This document shows, piece by piece, positions 63,051 to 64,000 of a stretch of DNA of 64,000 nucleotides. The stretch is from Ostrea edulis. Its lineage: Eukaryota. Where the stretch lies: assembly GCF_947568905.1 (NCBI RefSeq), contig NC_079164.1, positions 79,670,001 through 79,734,000 on the forward strand, given 5' to 3'. The notes beneath the pieces are model-generated. The model did no database searches. It was given only the letters and a program-made list of their open reading frames with translations, and had not been told where the DNA came from. How positions within the stretch are numbered: position 1 is the first letter of the stretch; each line of letters starts with the position of its first letter. Made by a program: the position numbers and the translations under genes.

Positions 63051-64000
63051 TAAATCCATATGAAATTTGTATTTTTTTTTAAAACGAAACTTACGGCAAA
63101 CTACATAATTTTGTGGTAACGAATGGTACGCTAAATTAGGAAATTCTATCCCAAGAGGTTTTTTTTTGCCCAGATGAAAACATTATACATGTACTAAATG
63201 TGTCCATTGGGCGAAATGATATACTGGAACGATTTTTCCCCATGGGGTGAAGTCTAACTGGAGCCCGTTTTTCCCGGGGAATTCTATACGGGGCGGGGGG
63301 GGGGGAGTCTAGTATGCTACAAACACCGGTACTTAGCAAAGGAAGTCACTATGTGAAATTTTGAAGTAGATAATCGAACGCTGGCGTGCCGGTTACAAAG
63401 TCACTAGGCTAATGCAAGTCATTATGGTAATGGTCAGTCCATGGCACTCTTTTGACCTGATCAGGATATAGGGCTCACGGCGGTTGTGACTGGTCGACAG
63501 GGGATGCTTACTCCTCCTAGACACATGATCCCATCTCTGGTGTGTTCAGGGGTCCGTGTTTACCCAACTACACTATTCGTTATCTTCACCATTCATGACA
63601 ATATTAGAATGCTCTTACGAAGTATAGAAATCTATTAAATTGAATTAATTTCTAAGATTTCAAGATATGCTCGTACTAAATTAACAACAATTATTAGTTA
63701 ACAATTGATGATTAGGATGTCTTGTACTGGCGGAGTTGTAATGATAACTACGTTCAACTGACTTGTTTAGTTGGTGTATAGGTGAATACTGGCCGACTGA
63801 GAAAACCAACGGTTGTTTTTATAATGCTCCAAGCCAACTCAGTTCAATATTCATGAACGTTTGGGTTTTTTTCTTTAAAAATTCAGACTTCGTATTTCTT
63901 GCACACTAATATTATTTCACGGTTAGTGACACCGATCACGTTTACCAATAGTAACAAACCTATGTTGATCAGGAACCCATATAAAACACTTTTAAAATTC

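Overview
AT-rich, intron-containing eukaryotic DNA. The repeat families (CAAT-tailed tRNA-SINEs, Penelope-like RT fragments, Helentron-like elements with internal tandem arrays) suggest a bivalve, probably an oyster; this is inference. No rRNA, genuine tRNA or CRISPR array was found. The host content is a duplicated and inverted cluster of small Cys-rich EGF-like, single-pass receptor genes with tyrosine-motif tails (MEGF10/SREC-like). One + strand copy can be reconstructed by hand with compatible intron phases over 7 exons (46930-53140; first exon not found). An inverted paralogue shares its ectodomain exons (35834-21010) but seems to lead to a different tail (10598-687). A second copy of that tail lies at 57613-56747, and a pseudogenised 5' fragment at 61711-62480. 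The rest is a dense set of mostly decayed mobile elements: an 8.9-kb CACTG/EnSpm-type transposon inserted in an exon (carrying a spliced THAP ORF and an accessory gene), a TTAA-flanked Kolobok-like element, a Tc1 remnant, an Ngaro-like tyrosine-recombinase retrotransposon with an SGNH ORF, a Gmr1-order Ty3/Gypsy remnant with 3' LTR, and many Penelope-like pieces. Two minimal hammerhead-ribozyme motifs are present. All protein-family assignments come from motif recognition, not database searches.
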